Positions 1 to 10,897 are shown, numbered from the stretch's first letter. The stretch: DNA of 64,000 nucleotides from Escherichia coli (GCF_013315695.1 NZ_CP054353.1); one strand, 5' to 3'. Program-made: numbers and translations. The notes: a model not told the origin generated them from the sequence alone.

Positions 1-1041
1 AATGACATAGTAACCTCACTATACACAGATATAAAAGCACTGCAATTCTGGCTATTAATAGCAAAAATAGCAGTCAAATCAATATGAGGTAAAATTTTTT
101 GTTGATTTAATGGTTAAATAATAACTACAGTGTATTTTGCTGCTGAAGAAAGACAAAATGAATCTGTGTGTCCCCTCCTTCCCTTCGGAGCACATCCACT
201 ATTCAAATTTTACACAACCACGTACGAACAAAAAGCATCATCCCGGGTATTGCAGATACCGGTTTCCTGCCGGGAAGAATCATAAACAGAACACCGGGAA
301 TAACGCCTTCAGGAATCACCCCCCCCGATGAGAATGGATTAAAATAACACTTCTTCGACAAACACAAAAACAGCCTTCATTTTACATCATCATCCAGTTT
401 CAGTTAACCCCGGACGAGCGACAGTGTTTCAGTACAGGAATTAAAAGCCAGCTTTTGCTCAGTAAAACACACTCAACTAATAATATCTCAGCAGATATTA
501 TCCTGACCAGGACACCTCACATTACTGAATTCTCTTCCGACAGTATCACTGCACAAATAAAAAAGAACGGGATAAATATTCAGACCGGAAGAATGGTGTC
601 ACAAAAGCATTTAATCATTACGCATGACCAGGAAGGGAAACACTTAACCACATGGTATCAACAGATATCATTACGTGTGCACTCTTATAAAAAACACACA
701 GAAGAAGTAAGATAATTATAAACGTAAATTTAATATCTCCCACTGACATCTCCCCCACAATACACTAAAAAATACTCACAGCAGTAAACACAGACACACC
801 TGATAATCATACAGCCGATAAATATTTTCCCCTTTACGGAGAAATCAGCCTGCTGTTTAACAATAACGGCGTATTTTCATGGAAGGAGATCACCCAGTAA
901 CGGATAAGTCCTGATCTCCTTCATGTTAATACGCAACAATCCCATCGATTCAAAACAATTTCAGACAGATATTATCTCCGTGAATCCCCCGCCACCTTTC
1001 CGGTGCGCGGGGTTTTGTCTTTTTTCACCGGGAATACATGT

Positions 1042-1914
1042 ATGAATCCGTCTGATGCCATTGAGGCAATTGAAAAACCGCTCTCCTCCCTGCCTTACTC
1101 ACTTTCCCGTCACATCCTGGAACATCTGCGCAAACTCACCAGTCACGAACCCGTGATTGGCATTATGGGTAAAAGCGGGGCCGGTAAATCCTCACTCTGT
1201 AATGCACTGTTTCAGGGGGAGGTCACCCCGGTCAGTGATGTTCACGCCGGCACCCGGGAAGTGCGGCGCTTCCGTCTGAGTGGCCACGGTCACAGCATGG
1301 TTATCACTGACCTGCCCGGGGTGGGCGAGAGCCGGGACAGGGATGCAGAGTATGAAGCCCTGTACCGTGACATTCTGCCCGAACTGGACCTGGTGCTGTG
1401 GCTGATTAAAGCCGATGACCGCGCCCTGTCTGTGGATGAGTATTTCTGGCGACACATCCTGCACCGGGGACATCAGCAGGTGCTGTTTGTGGTGACGCAG
1501 GCCGACAAAACGGAGCCCTGCCATGAATGGGATATGGCCGGCATTCAGCCTTCTCCCGCACAGGCACAGAACATTCGGGAGAAAACGGAGGCGGTATTCC
1601 GTCTGTTCCGGCCCGTACATCCGGTTGTTGCCGTATCGGCCCGCACCGGCTGGGAACTGGATACGCTGGTCAGTGCGCTAATGACAGCACTTCCCGACCA
1701 TGCCGCCAGTCCCCTGATGACCCGCCTGCAGGACGAGCTGCGCACGGAATCTGTCCGCGCTCAGGCCCGTGAACAGTTTACCGGTGCGGTGGACCGGATA
1801 TTTGACACGGCGGAGAGCGTCTGTGTTGCCTCTGTTGCCCGTACGGTTCTGCGTGCCGTCCGTGACACGGTGGTCTCTGTTGCCCGCGCTGTATGGAACT
1901 GGATTTTCTTCTGA
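1042..1914 (+). CDS. YeeP/YkfA/YfjP-family GTPase-like protein (CP4-type island)
   Basis: ORF 1003..1914; likely start at internal ATG (MNPSDAIEAIEKP...). P-loop GKSGAGKSS and DLPG motif in translation; family typically sits upstream of flu in CP4-44-like islands. Confidence 0.8.
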   Translation: MNPSDAIEAIEKPLSSLPYSLSRHILEHLRKLTSHEPVIGIMGKSGAGKSSLCNALFQGEVTPVSDVHAGTREVRRFRLSGHGHSMVITDLPGVGESRDRDAEYEALYRDILPELDLVLWLIKADDRALSVDEYFWRHILHRGHQQVLFVVTQADKTEPCHEWDMAGIQPSPAQAQNIREKTEAVFRLFRPVHPVVAVSARTGWELDTLVSALMTALPDHAASPLMTRLQDELRTESVRAQAREQFTGAVDRIFDTAESVCVASVARTVLRAVRDTVVSVARAVWNWIFF

Positions 1915-2029
1915 ACAGTCTGCCAGGGAAATGCCTGATAACATTACGTTAACCAACTGAAAACATGACACAAACCCCTCATACTCCTCCTGTTTCTCTT
2001 GCGTGACCGCCTTGTCATTAATAGAATAA

Positions 2030-2070
2030 AACGATCGATAAAACAGGTATCTATCGTTGCTATCGATCGT
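2030..2070. promoter_or_regulatory. GATC cluster upstream of flu (candidate Dam/OxyR phase-variation switch)
   Basis: Canonical GATC at 2033-2036 and 2065-2068 in CGATCG contexts, with a GATC-like TATC at 2052-2055; position matches the agn43 regulatory region. Confidence 0.4.
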
Positions 2071-2285
2071 TTATAGTGGTTAATGGTCTGCGAAAAGGCA
2101 GCTGAATCTCTTCATCATGCAGAACGGAATTGCACACAACGGACTGATACTTCTCTGGCGGATGAGAGAGGGGAAGCATTTATGTCCGGGAAAAACCACT
2201 TTATCTGAGCATGCTGTTTTGTACCTGCCGGTATCCACATTTGTGGGTACCGGCTTTTTTATTCACCCTCTGTAAGGAAAAGCTG

Positions 2286-5200
2286 ATGAAACGACATCTG
2301 AACACCAGCTACAGGCTGGTATGGAATCACATTACGGGCACCCTGGTGGTGGCCTCCGAACTGGCCCGCTCACGGGGAAAACGCGCTGGTGTGGCGGTTG
2401 CGCTGTCTCTTGCTGCTGTCACATCAGTCCCGGCACTGGCTGCTGACAAGGTTGTACAGGCGGGAGAAACCGTGAACGACGGAACACTGACAAATCATGA
2501 CAACCAGATTGTCCTCGGTACGGCCAACGGAATGACCATCAGTACCGGTCTGGAGTATGGGCCGGATAACGAGGCCAATACCGGCGGACAATGGATACAA
2601 AATGGCGGTATCGCCAACAACACTACTTTCACCGGTGGTGGTCTTCAGAGAGTGAATGCCGGAGGAAGCGTTTCAGACACGGTTATCAGTGCCGGAGGCG
2701 GACAGAGCCTTCAGGGGCAGGCAGTGAACACCACTCTGAACGGCGGTGAGCAGTGGGTACATGAAGGCGGGATTGCAACGGGTACCGTCATTAATGAGAA
2801 GGGCTGGCAGGCCATCAAATCCGGCGCAGTGGCAACCGACACGGTTGTGAATACCGGCGCGGAAGGGGGACCGGATGCGGAAAATGGTGATACCGGGCAG
2901 ACCGTCTACGGAGATGCCGTACGCACCACCATCAATAAAAATGGTCGTCAGATTGTGGCTGCTGAAGGAACGGCAAATACCACTGTGGTTTATGCCGGCG
3001 GCGACCAGACTGTACATGGTCACGCACTGGATACCACGCTGAATGGGGGGTACCAGTATGTGCACAACGGCGGTACGGCGTCTGGCACTGTTGTAAACAG
3101 TGACGGCTGGCAGATTGTCAAAAACGGGGGTGTGGCCGGGAATACCACCGTTAATCAGAAGGGCAGACTGCAGGTGGACGCCGGTGGTACAGCCACGAAT
3201 GTCACCCTGAAGCAGGGCGGCGCACTGGTTACCAGTACGGCTGCAACCGTTACCGGCATAAACCGCCTGGGAGCATTCTCTGTTGTGGAGGGTAAAGCTG
3301 ATAATGTCGTACTGGAAAATGGCGGACGCCTGGATGTGCTGACCGGACACACAGCCACTAATACCCGCGTGGATGATGGCGGAACGCTGGATGTCCGCAA
3401 CGGTGGCACCGCCACCACCGTATCCATGGGAAATGGCGGTGTACTGCTGGCCGATTCCGGTGCCGCTGTCAGTGGTACCCGGAGCGACGGAAAGGCATTC
3501 AGTATCGGAGGCGGTCAGGCGGATGCCCTGATGCTGGAAAAAGGCAGTTCATTCACGCTGAACGCCGGTGATACGGCCACGGATACCACGGTAAATGGCG
3601 GACTGTTCACCGCCAGGGGCGGCACACTGGCGGGCACCACCACGCTGAATAACGGCGCCATACTTACCCTTTCCGGGAAGACGGTGAACAACGATACCCT
3701 GACCATCCGTGAAGGCGATGCACTCCTGCAGGGAGGCTCTCTCACCGGTAACGGCAGCGTGGAAAAATCAGGAAGTGGCACACTCACTGTCAGCAACACC
3801 ACACTCACCCAGAAAGCCGTCAACCTGAATGAAGGCACGCTGACGCTGAACGACAGTACCGTCACCACTGATGTCATTGCTCAGCGCGGTACAGCCCTGA
3901 AGCTGACCGGCAGCACTGTGCTGAACGGTGCCATTGACCCCACGAATGTCACTCTCGCCTCTGGTGCCACCTGGAATATTCCCGATAACGCCACGGTGCA
4001 GTCGGTGGTGGATGACCTCAGCCATGCCGGACAGATTCATTTCACCTCCACCCGCACAGGGAAGTTCGTACCGGCAACCCTGAAAGTGAAAAACCTGAAC
4101 GGACAGAATGGCACCATCAGCCTGCGTGTACGCCCGGATATGGCACAGAACAATGCTGACAGACTGGTCATTGACGGTGGCAGGGCAACCGGAAAAACCA
4201 TCCTGAACCTGGTGAACGCCGGCAACAGTGCGTCGGGGCTGGCGACCAGCGGTAAGGGTATTCAGGTGGTGGAAGCCATTAACGGTGCCACCACGGAGGA
4301 AGGGGCCTTTATCCAGGGGAATAAGCTGCAGGCCGGTGCCTTTAACTACTCCCTCAACCGGGACAGTGATGAGAGCTGGTATCTGCGCAGTGAAAATGCT
4401 TATCGTGCAGAAGTCCCCCTGTATGCCTCCATGCTGACACAGGCAATGGACTATGACCGGATTCTGGCAGGCTCCCGCAGCCATCAGACCGGTGTAAGCG
4501 GTGAAAATAACAGCGTCCGTCTCAGCATTCAGGGCGGTCATCTCGGTCACGATAACAACGGCGGTATTGCCCGTGGAGCCACGCCGGAAAGCAGCGGCAG
4601 CTATGGCTTCGTCCGTCTGGAGGGTGACCTGCTCAGAACAGAGGTTGCCGGTATGTCTGTGACCGCGGGGGTATATGGTGCTGCTGGCCATTCTTCCGTT
4701 GATGTTAAGGATGATGACGGCTCCCGTGCCGGCACGGTCCGGGATGATGCCGGCAGCCTGGGCGGATACCTGAATCTGATACACAACGCCTCCGGCCTGT
4801 GGGCTGACATTGTGGCCCAGGGAACCCGCCACAGCATAAAAGCCTCATCGGACAATAACGACTTCCGCGTCCGGGGCCGGGGCTGGCTGGGTTCGCTGGA
4901 AACCGGTCTGCCCTTCAGTATCACTGACAATCTGATGCTGGAGCCGCAACTGCAGTACACCTGGCAGGGACTCTCCCTGGATGACGGCCAGGATAACGCC
5001 AGTTATGTGAAGTTCGGGCATGGCAGTGCACAACATGTGCGTGCCGGTTTCCGTCTGGGCAGCCACAACGATATGACCTTTGGTGAAGGCACCTCATCCC
5101 GTGACACCCTGCGCGGCAGTGCCAAACACAGTGTGCGTGAACTGCCGGTGAACTGGTGGGTACAGCCTTCTGTTATCCGCACCTTCAGCTCCCGGGGGGA

Positions 5201-5405
5201 CATGAGCATGGGTACAGCCGCAGCCGGCAGTAACATGACGTTCTCACCGTCACAGAATGGTACGTCACTGGACCTGCAGGCCGGACTGGAAGCCCGTGTC
5301 CGGGAAAATATCACCCTGGGCGTTCAGGCAGGTTATGTCCACAGCGTCAGCGGCAGCAGCGCTGAAGGCTATAACGGTCAGGCCACGCTGAATGTGACCT
5401 TCTGA
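2286..5405 (+). CDS. flu: Antigen 43 self-associating autotransporter
   Basis: 1039-aa product from MKRHLNTSYRLVWNHITGTLVVASELARS..., extended signal peptide, Gly/Thr/Asn-rich beta-helix passenger, C-terminal beta-barrel ending ...LNVTF. Confidence 0.92.
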   Translation: MKRHLNTSYRLVWNHITGTLVVASELARSRGKRAGVAVALSLAAVTSVPALAADKVVQAGETVNDGTLTNHDNQIVLGTANGMTISTGLEYGPDNEANTGGQWIQNGGIANNTTFTGGGLQRVNAGGSVSDTVISAGGGQSLQGQAVNTTLNGGEQWVHEGGIATGTVINEKGWQAIKSGAVATDTVVNTGAEGGPDAENGDTGQTVYGDAVRTTINKNGRQIVAAEGTANTTVVYAGGDQTVHGHALDTTLNGGYQYVHNGGTASGTVVNSDGWQIVKNGGVAGNTTVNQKGRLQVDAGGTATNVTLKQGGALVTSTAATVTGINRLGAFSVVEGKADNVVLENGGRLDVLTGHTATNTRVDDGGTLDVRNGGTATTVSMGNGGVLLADSGAAVSGTRSDGKAFSIGGGQADALMLEKGSSFTLNAGDTATDTTVNGGLFTARGGTLAGTTTLNNGAILTLSGKTVNNDTLTIREGDALLQGGSLTGNGSVEKSGSGTLTVSNTTLTQKAVNLNEGTLTLNDSTVTTDVIAQRGTALKLTGSTVLNGAIDPTNVTLASGATWNIPDNATVQSVVDDLSHAGQIHFTSTRTGKFVPATLKVKNLNGQNGTISLRVRPDMAQNNADRLVIDGGRATGKTILNLVNAGNSASGLATSGKGIQVVEAINGATTEEGAFIQGNKLQAGAFNYSLNRDSDESWYLRSENAYRAEVPLYASMLTQAMDYDRILAGSRSHQTGVSGENNSVRLSIQGGHLGHDNNGGIARGATPESSGSYGFVRLEGDLLRTEVAGMSVTAGVYGAAGHSSVDVKDDDGSRAGTVRDDAGSLGGYLNLIHNASGLWADIVAQGTRHSIKASSDNNDFRVRGRGWLGSLETGLPFSITDNLMLEPQLQYTWQGLSLDDGQDNASYVKFGHGSAQHVRAGFRLGSHNDMTFGEGTSSRDTLRGSAKHSVRELPVNWWVQPSVIRTFSSRGDMSMGTAAAGSNMTFSPSQNGTSLDLQAGLEARVRENITLGVQAGYVHSVSGSSAEGYNGQATLNVTF

Positions 5406-5519
5406 CAGAACCATCGCCTCTCTGTGGTCCCGGTCATCATGATCGGGACCCGGACCGGCGCAACGGATATTCAACGCCACATTCGCTGGCATTAACAATA
5501 ACATGATATTCATCACGGA

Positions 5520-8042
5520 GTGACTATGTTACAGATAGTCGGCGCGCTGATCCTGCTGATCGCAGGATTTGCCATTCTTCGCCTTTTGTTCAGAGCATTA
5601 ATCAGCACGGCTTCTGCGCTGGCAGGGCTCATATTGCTGTGTCTGTTCGGCCCGGCCTTACTGGCTGGCTATATCACCGAACGCATAACCCGGTTGTTCC
5701 ATATTCGCTGGCTGGCAGGCGTATTTCTGACGATTGCCGGAATGATCATCAGCTTCATGTGGGGACTTGATGGTAAACATATCGCGCTGGAGGCTCACAC
5801 CTTTGACTCTGTGAAATTTATTCTGACCACCGCTCTCGCCGGTGGTCTGCTGGCTGTTCCCCTGCAGATCAAAAACATTCAGCAGAACGGGATCACACCA
5901 GAAGATATCAGCAAGGAAATTAACGGGTATTACTGCTGTTTTTATACTGCCTTTTTCCTTATGGCGTGTTCTGCATGCGCACCATTGATCGCGTTACAGT
6001 ACGATATTTCACCGTCACTGATGTGGTGGGGCGGGTTGTTGTACTGGCTGGCTGCATTAGTGACGCTGCTATGGGCGGCCAGCCAAATCCAGGCGCTGAA
6101 AAAACTGACCTGTGCCATCAGCCAGACACTGGAAGAACAACCGGTGCTCAACAGTAAATCGTGGCTGACCAGTTTGCAAAACGATTACAGCCTTCCTGAC
6201 TCACTGACGGAGCGCATCTGGCTGACGCTCATTTCTCAACGGATTTCCCGGGGAGAACTGAGGGAATTTGAACTGGCAGACGGAAACTGGCTACTGGACA
6301 ATGCCTGGTATGAAAGAAACATGGCGGGTTTCAACGAAAAGCTGAGAGAGAGCCTGTCATTTACCCCTGATGAACTGAAAACCCTCTTCCGGAACCGCCT
6401 GAATTTATCACCGGAAGCGAATGACGATTTTCTCGATCGTTGCCTGGACGGCGGTGACTGGTACCCCTTTTCAGAAGGTCGCCGTTTTGTATCATTCCAT
6501 CACGTGGATGAGCTTCGTATCTGTGCCTCCTGCGGGCTGACAGAAGTACATCATGCCCCGGAAAATCATAAGCCGGATCCGGAATGGTACTGCTCCTCTC
6601 TTTGTCGCGAAACAGAAACACTGTGTCAGGAAATTTATGAACGCCCTTACAACAGCTTTATTTCCGATGCAACGGCGAATGGTCTGATTCTCATGAAACT
6701 GCCGGAAACCTGGAGTACAAATGAGAAAATGTTTGCTTCCGGAGGGCAGGGACATGGGTTTGCCGCTGAACGGGGAAACCATATTGTCGACAGAGTCCGT
6801 CTGAAAAACGCACGGATCCTCGGTGATAATAATGCCAGAAATGGAGCAGACAGACTGGTCAGCGGAACAGAAATCCAGACGAAATATTGTTCAACTGCAG
6901 CCCGTAGCGTCGGTGCGGCATTCGACGGACAAAACGGACAGTATCGTTACATGGGAAATAATGGCCCCATGCAACTGGAAGTCCCCCGTGATCAGTATGC
7001 CGGCGCTGTTGAAACCATGAGGAATAAGATCCGCGAAGGTAAAGTACCCGGTGTAACCGATCCCGCAGAAGCGTCCAGGCTGATTCGTCGGGGACATCTG
7101 ACTTATACCCAGGCCCGTAATATCACCCGGTTCGGGACCATCGAATCGGTCACTTATGATATTGCCGAGGGTTCGGTTGTCAGTCTGGCGGCCGGAGGGA
7201 TCAGTTTTGCCCTGACGGCATCGGTCTTCTGGCTCAGCACCGGCGATCGCGATGCTGCCCTGCAGACAGCTGCTGTCCAGGCAGGAAAAACCTTCACCCG
7301 CACACTGGCTGTCTACGTCACAACCCAGCAACTCCACCGGCTCAGTGTTGTTCAGGGTATGCTGAAGCACATTGATTTTTCGACTGCCAGCTCGACTGTC
7401 CGACTGGCTCTTCAGAAGGGGACCAGTGCAGGAAATATCAGTGCCCTGAACAAAGTGATGAAGGGTACGCTGGTGACATCTCTGGCACTGGTAGCTGTCA
7501 CAACCGGCCCTGACATGATCAAAATGTTGCGGGGACGGATCTCCGGTACGCAGTTCATCAGGAATCTTGCCGTGGCATCTTCCGGTGTGGCAGGTGGTGC
7601 TGTCGGGTCAGTGGCGGGCGGAATACTGTTCAGTCCACTGGGACCATTTGGTGCACTGACAGGGCGTGTGGTTGGCGGTGTTCTGGGGGGAATGATTGCC
7701 TCCGCTGTATCAGGAAAAATTGCCGGAGCGCTGGTTGAAGAAGATCGCGTCAAAATTCTGGCAATGATTCAGGAGCAGGTGACATGGCTTGCCGGCAGTT
7801 TCCTGCTGACCGGACATGAGATTGAAAATCTGAACGCGAATCTGGCCCGTGTTATCGATCAGAATGCTCTGGAGATCATTTTCGCCGCCGGTATACAACA
7901 ACGGGCCGCGACCAATATGTTAATCAAACCACTGGTGGTCAGTATCATCAGGCAACGCCCCGTCATGGAATATGATGCATCCCATCTCGGCAATATGGTT
8001 AACCGACTGGAAGAAGCATTACCCCCGGAGTTACCGGCATAA
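5520..8042 (+). CDS. YeeR-like inner membrane protein (island-encoded, unknown function)
   Basis: 840-aa ORF with N-terminal hydrophobic segments, Cys-rich CASCGLTEVHH...WYCSSLC motif and C-terminal Gly-rich hydrophobic region; position after flu as in CP4-44. Confidence 0.6.
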   Translation: MTMLQIVGALILLIAGFAILRLLFRALISTASALAGLILLCLFGPALLAGYITERITRLFHIRWLAGVFLTIAGMIISFMWGLDGKHIALEAHTFDSVKFILTTALAGGLLAVPLQIKNIQQNGITPEDISKEINGYYCCFYTAFFLMACSACAPLIALQYDISPSLMWWGGLLYWLAALVTLLWAASQIQALKKLTCAISQTLEEQPVLNSKSWLTSLQNDYSLPDSLTERIWLTLISQRISRGELREFELADGNWLLDNAWYERNMAGFNEKLRESLSFTPDELKTLFRNRLNLSPEANDDFLDRCLDGGDWYPFSEGRRFVSFHHVDELRICASCGLTEVHHAPENHKPDPEWYCSSLCRETETLCQEIYERPYNSFISDATANGLILMKLPETWSTNEKMFASGGQGHGFAAERGNHIVDRVRLKNARILGDNNARNGADRLVSGTEIQTKYCSTAARSVGAAFDGQNGQYRYMGNNGPMQLEVPRDQYAGAVETMRNKIREGKVPGVTDPAEASRLIRRGHLTYTQARNITRFGTIESVTYDIAEGSVVSLAAGGISFALTASVFWLSTGDRDAALQTAAVQAGKTFTRTLAVYVTTQQLHRLSVVQGMLKHIDFSTASSTVRLALQKGTSAGNISALNKVMKGTLVTSLALVAVTTGPDMIKMLRGRISGTQFIRNLAVASSGVAGGAVGSVAGGILFSPLGPFGALTGRVVGGVLGGMIASAVSGKIAGALVEEDRVKILAMIQEQVTWLAGSFLLTGHEIENLNANLARVIDQNALEIIFAAGIQQRAATNMLIKPLVVSIIRQRPVMEYDASHLGNMVNRLEEALPPELPA

Positions 8043-8117
8043 CGGCTATTCTGCGCCTTTTACGCTTTATCACCTGATTTGTCAGTGTCATCGTCATGAC
8101 TCAGAGAGGTAAATACC

Positions 8118-8573
8118 ATGATTCACCTGTTCAAAACCTGCATGATTACCGCCTTCATTCTGGGGTTAACGTGGTCTGCCCCACTCCGGGCACAGGATCA
8201 ACGTTACATCAGTATACGCAATACAGATACGATATGGCTCCCGGGAAATATTTGTGCTTACCAGTTCCGGCTGGATAATGGCGGAAACGATGAAGGATTT
8301 GGCCCCCTCACCATCACTCTGCAACTCAAAGACAAATATGGTCAGACGCTGGTGACCAGAAAAATGGAAACGGAAGCTTTTGGTGACAGTAATGCCACGC
8401 GAACCACAGACGCATTTCTGGAAACGGAGTGCGTGGAAAATGTCGCCACAACCGAAATCATCAAAGCAACTGAAGAAAGTAACGGCCATCGTGTCAGTCT
8501 GCCGTTATCGGTTTTCAATCCCCAGGACTACCATCCACTGCTGATTACCGTTTCCGGAAAAAACGTTAACTGA
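8118..8573 (+). CDS. hypothetical exported protein (signal peptide)
   Basis: 151-aa ORF with N-terminal hydrophobic leader MIHLFKTCMITAFILGLTWSAPLRA; island context. Confidence 0.5.
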   Translation: MIHLFKTCMITAFILGLTWSAPLRAQDQRYISIRNTDTIWLPGNICAYQFRLDNGGNDEGFGPLTITLQLKDKYGQTLVTRKMETEAFGDSNATRTTDAFLETECVENVATTEIIKATEESNGHRVSLPLSVFNPQDYHPLLITVSGKNVN

Positions 8574-8651
8574 TCCCTGAAGTCAGTTTCATGCTTCAGC
8601 CTCTGTCACAACGCGTGGCAGAGGCTTTTTATTTATCAGGAGAAAACAGAT

Positions 8652-8885
8652 ATGCCGGGTTACACAGAGTATGTCCTGGCTGAAGGATCTTTCTCATACG
8701 GGCAGGCGGTTGCTGTCATAACCGCTTACCGCAATGTGTTTATCCAGGATGACCCGGGAATGCATTTCCGTCGGGTTATCCGCAACGCGGAAGGTCAGCG
8801 ACGCTGGCGCTGCCGGAATTCTGAACCCGATGCCGGAAAGGTGCTTAATACGCGGCTCGCCAGTGACGGTCTTCTCAGACAATAA
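8652..8885 (+). CDS. small hypothetical protein (possibly DUF905/YkfF-like)
   Basis: 77-aa ORF in the usual position of a small conserved gene upstream of the DUF932 gene; identity not verified. Confidence 0.3.
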   Translation: MPGYTEYVLAEGSFSYGQAVAVITAYRNVFIQDDPGMHFRRVIRNAEGQRRWRCRNSEPDAGKVLNTRLASDGLLRQ

Positions 8886-8984
8886 ACGTCATTCATTTCA
8901 CCCATCAGGCCGCGTCTTCTCCGGGAGACGTGGCTTTTTCATTTATTACACCAGTAAATCTTAACCACCGATAAGGAGCAAATT

Positions 8985-9803
8985 ATGCGACTAGCCAGTC
9001 GTTTTGGTTATGCGAACCAGATACGCCGTGACCGTCCGCTGACACACGAAGAACTGATGCACTATGTGCCGGGGATTTTCGGGGAAGATAAACACACGTC
9101 CCGAAGCCAGAACTATACGTACATCCCCACCATCACCGTACTGGAAAGCCTGCAGCGGGAAGGCTTTCAGCCATTCTTCGCCTGCCAGACCCGCGTACGT
9201 GACCCGGACCGCCGGGAATACACCAAACACATGCTGCGTCTGCGGCGGGCCGGAGAGATAACCGGACAACATGTCCCTGAAATCATTCTGCTCAACTCCC
9301 ATGACGGTACCTCCAGCTACCAGATGCTGCCGGGTTACTTCAGGTTCGTCTGCCAGAACGGATGCGTCTGTGGTCAGTCTCTGGGGGAAGTGCGTGTTCC
9401 GCACCGGGGAAATGTGGTGGACAGAGTCATTGAAGGGGCTTACGAGGTGGTGGGCGTGTTTGACCGGATTGAGGAAAAGCGTGATGCCATGCAGTCGCTG
9501 ATTCTGCCGCCACCGGCACGCCAGGCGCTGGCACAGGCGGCACTGACTTACCGTTATGGTGACGAACATCAGCCCGTCACCACCGCCGACATTCTGACGC
9601 CACGACGCCGGGAGGATTACGGTAAGGACCTGTGGAGTGCTTATCAGACCATTCAGGAGAATATGCTTAAAGGCGGAATTTCAGGTCGCAGCGCTAAAGG
9701 AAAACGTATCCATACCCGTGCCATTCACAGCATTGACACTGACATTAAGCTCAACCGCGCATTGTGGGTGATGGCGGAAACCCTGCTGGAGAGCCTGCGC
9801 TGA
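8985..9803 (+). CDS. DUF932 family protein (YafZ/YfjQ-like)
   Basis: 272-aa ORF; size and order (before anti-restriction and RadC genes) match the CP4-type module. Confidence 0.7.
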   Translation: MRLASRFGYANQIRRDRPLTHEELMHYVPGIFGEDKHTSRSQNYTYIPTITVLESLQREGFQPFFACQTRVRDPDRREYTKHMLRLRRAGEITGQHVPEIILLNSHDGTSSYQMLPGYFRFVCQNGCVCGQSLGEVRVPHRGNVVDRVIEGAYEVVGVFDRIEEKRDAMQSLILPPPARQALAQAALTYRYGDEHQPVTTADILTPRRREDYGKDLWSAYQTIQENMLKGGISGRSAKGKRIHTRAIHSIDTDIKLNRALWVMAETLLESLR

Positions 9804-9857
9804 TTCAGCCATTACCCTGAAAACCACGCATTTATTTGTCCTTTAAGGAGTCATTTC

Positions 9858-10343
9858 ATGAAAACCATTTCACATAATTCCACCACATCTTCTGTTTCCG
9901 TAACCGCTGCATCAGGGAATGACCAGCCTCAGTTGGTTGCCACCCTCGTCCCTGATGAACAGCGCATCAGCTTCTGGCCGCAGCACTTTGGCCTCATTCC
10001 ACAGTGGGTGGCCCTGGAGCCCCGTGTCTTCGGCTGGATGGACCGTCTGTGTGAAGACTACTGCGGTGGTATCTGGAATCTGTACACCCTGAACAACGGC
10101 GGGGCATTTATGGCACCCGAACCGGATGACGATGATGACGAAACATGGGTACTGTTCAATGCCATGAACGGTAACCGCGCTGAAATGAGCCCGGAAGCCG
10201 CCGGCATTGCCGCCTGTCTGATGACGTACAGTCATCACGCCTGCCGTACGGAGTGTTATGCCATGACGGTTCATTATTACCGTCTGCGGGACTACGCCCT
10301 GCAGCATCCGGAATGCAACGCCATTATGCGCATCATCGACTGA
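9858..10343 (+). CDS. anti-restriction protein (ArdB/KlcA-like, YfjX/YafX family)
   Basis: 161-aa ORF with acidic stretch PEPDDDDDETW; conserved position upstream of RadC-like gene. Confidence 0.7.
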   Translation: MKTISHNSTTSSVSVTAASGNDQPQLVATLVPDEQRISFWPQHFGLIPQWVALEPRVFGWMDRLCEDYCGGIWNLYTLNNGGAFMAPEPDDDDDETWVLFNAMNGNRAEMSPEAAGIAACLMTYSHHACRTECYAMTVHYYRLRDYALQHPECNAIMRIID

Positions 10344-10358
10344 ATGGAGAGAAGTACA

Positions 10359-10835
10359 ATGCAACAGCTTTCCTTTCTGCCCGGAGAGATGACGCCCGGC
10401 GAGCGCAGCCTCATTCAACGGGCCCTGAAAACCCTGGACCGCCATCTTCATGAACCCGGCGTGGCCTTCACCTCCACCCGTGCGGCACGGGAATGGCTGA
10501 TTCTGAACATGGCGGGACTGGAGCGTGAAGAATTCCGGGTGCTGTATCTGAATAACCAGAATCAGCTGATTGCCGGTGAAACCCTCTTCACCGGCACCAT
10601 CAACCGCACGGAAGTCCATCCCCGGGAAGTGATTAAACGCGCCCTGTACCACAATGCCGCTGCCGTGGTGCTGGCACACAATCACCCGTCCGGTGAAGTC
10701 ACACCCAGCAAGGCAGACCGCCTTATCACGGAACGTCTGGTACAGGCACTGGGCCTGGTGGATATCCGGGTGCCGGACCATCTGATAGTCGGTGGCAGCC
10801 AGGTTTTCTCCTTTGCCGAACATGGTCTGCTTTAA
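10359..10835 (+). CDS. RadC-like JAB/JAMM domain protein (YeeS/YkfG/YfjY family)
   Basis: Translation contains HNHPSG JAMM motif (VLAHNHPSGEVTPS); start taken at MQQLSFLPGEM. Confidence 0.85.
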   Translation: MQQLSFLPGEMTPGERSLIQRALKTLDRHLHEPGVAFTSTRAAREWLILNMAGLEREEFRVLYLNNQNQLIAGETLFTGTINRTEVHPREVIKRALYHNAAAVVLAHNHPSGEVTPSKADRLITERLVQALGLVDIRVPDHLIVGGSQVFSFAEHGLL

Positions 10836-10897
10836 CCCGTCACAACCACATCACACCTGTTTTCACTTTTATCTTCTGTCTTCAGAGGTATCCCACT

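Noticed and set aside
2673-4832. Long antisense ORFs inside flu (e.g. 2673..3350, 3768..4832)
   Set aside because: They lie entirely inside and antisense to a well-supported repeat-rich gene; typical spurious ORFs.
9912-10823. 303-aa minus-strand ORF across the anti-restriction and RadC-like genes
   Set aside because: Antisense to two recognisable genes with conserved motifs; no start context.
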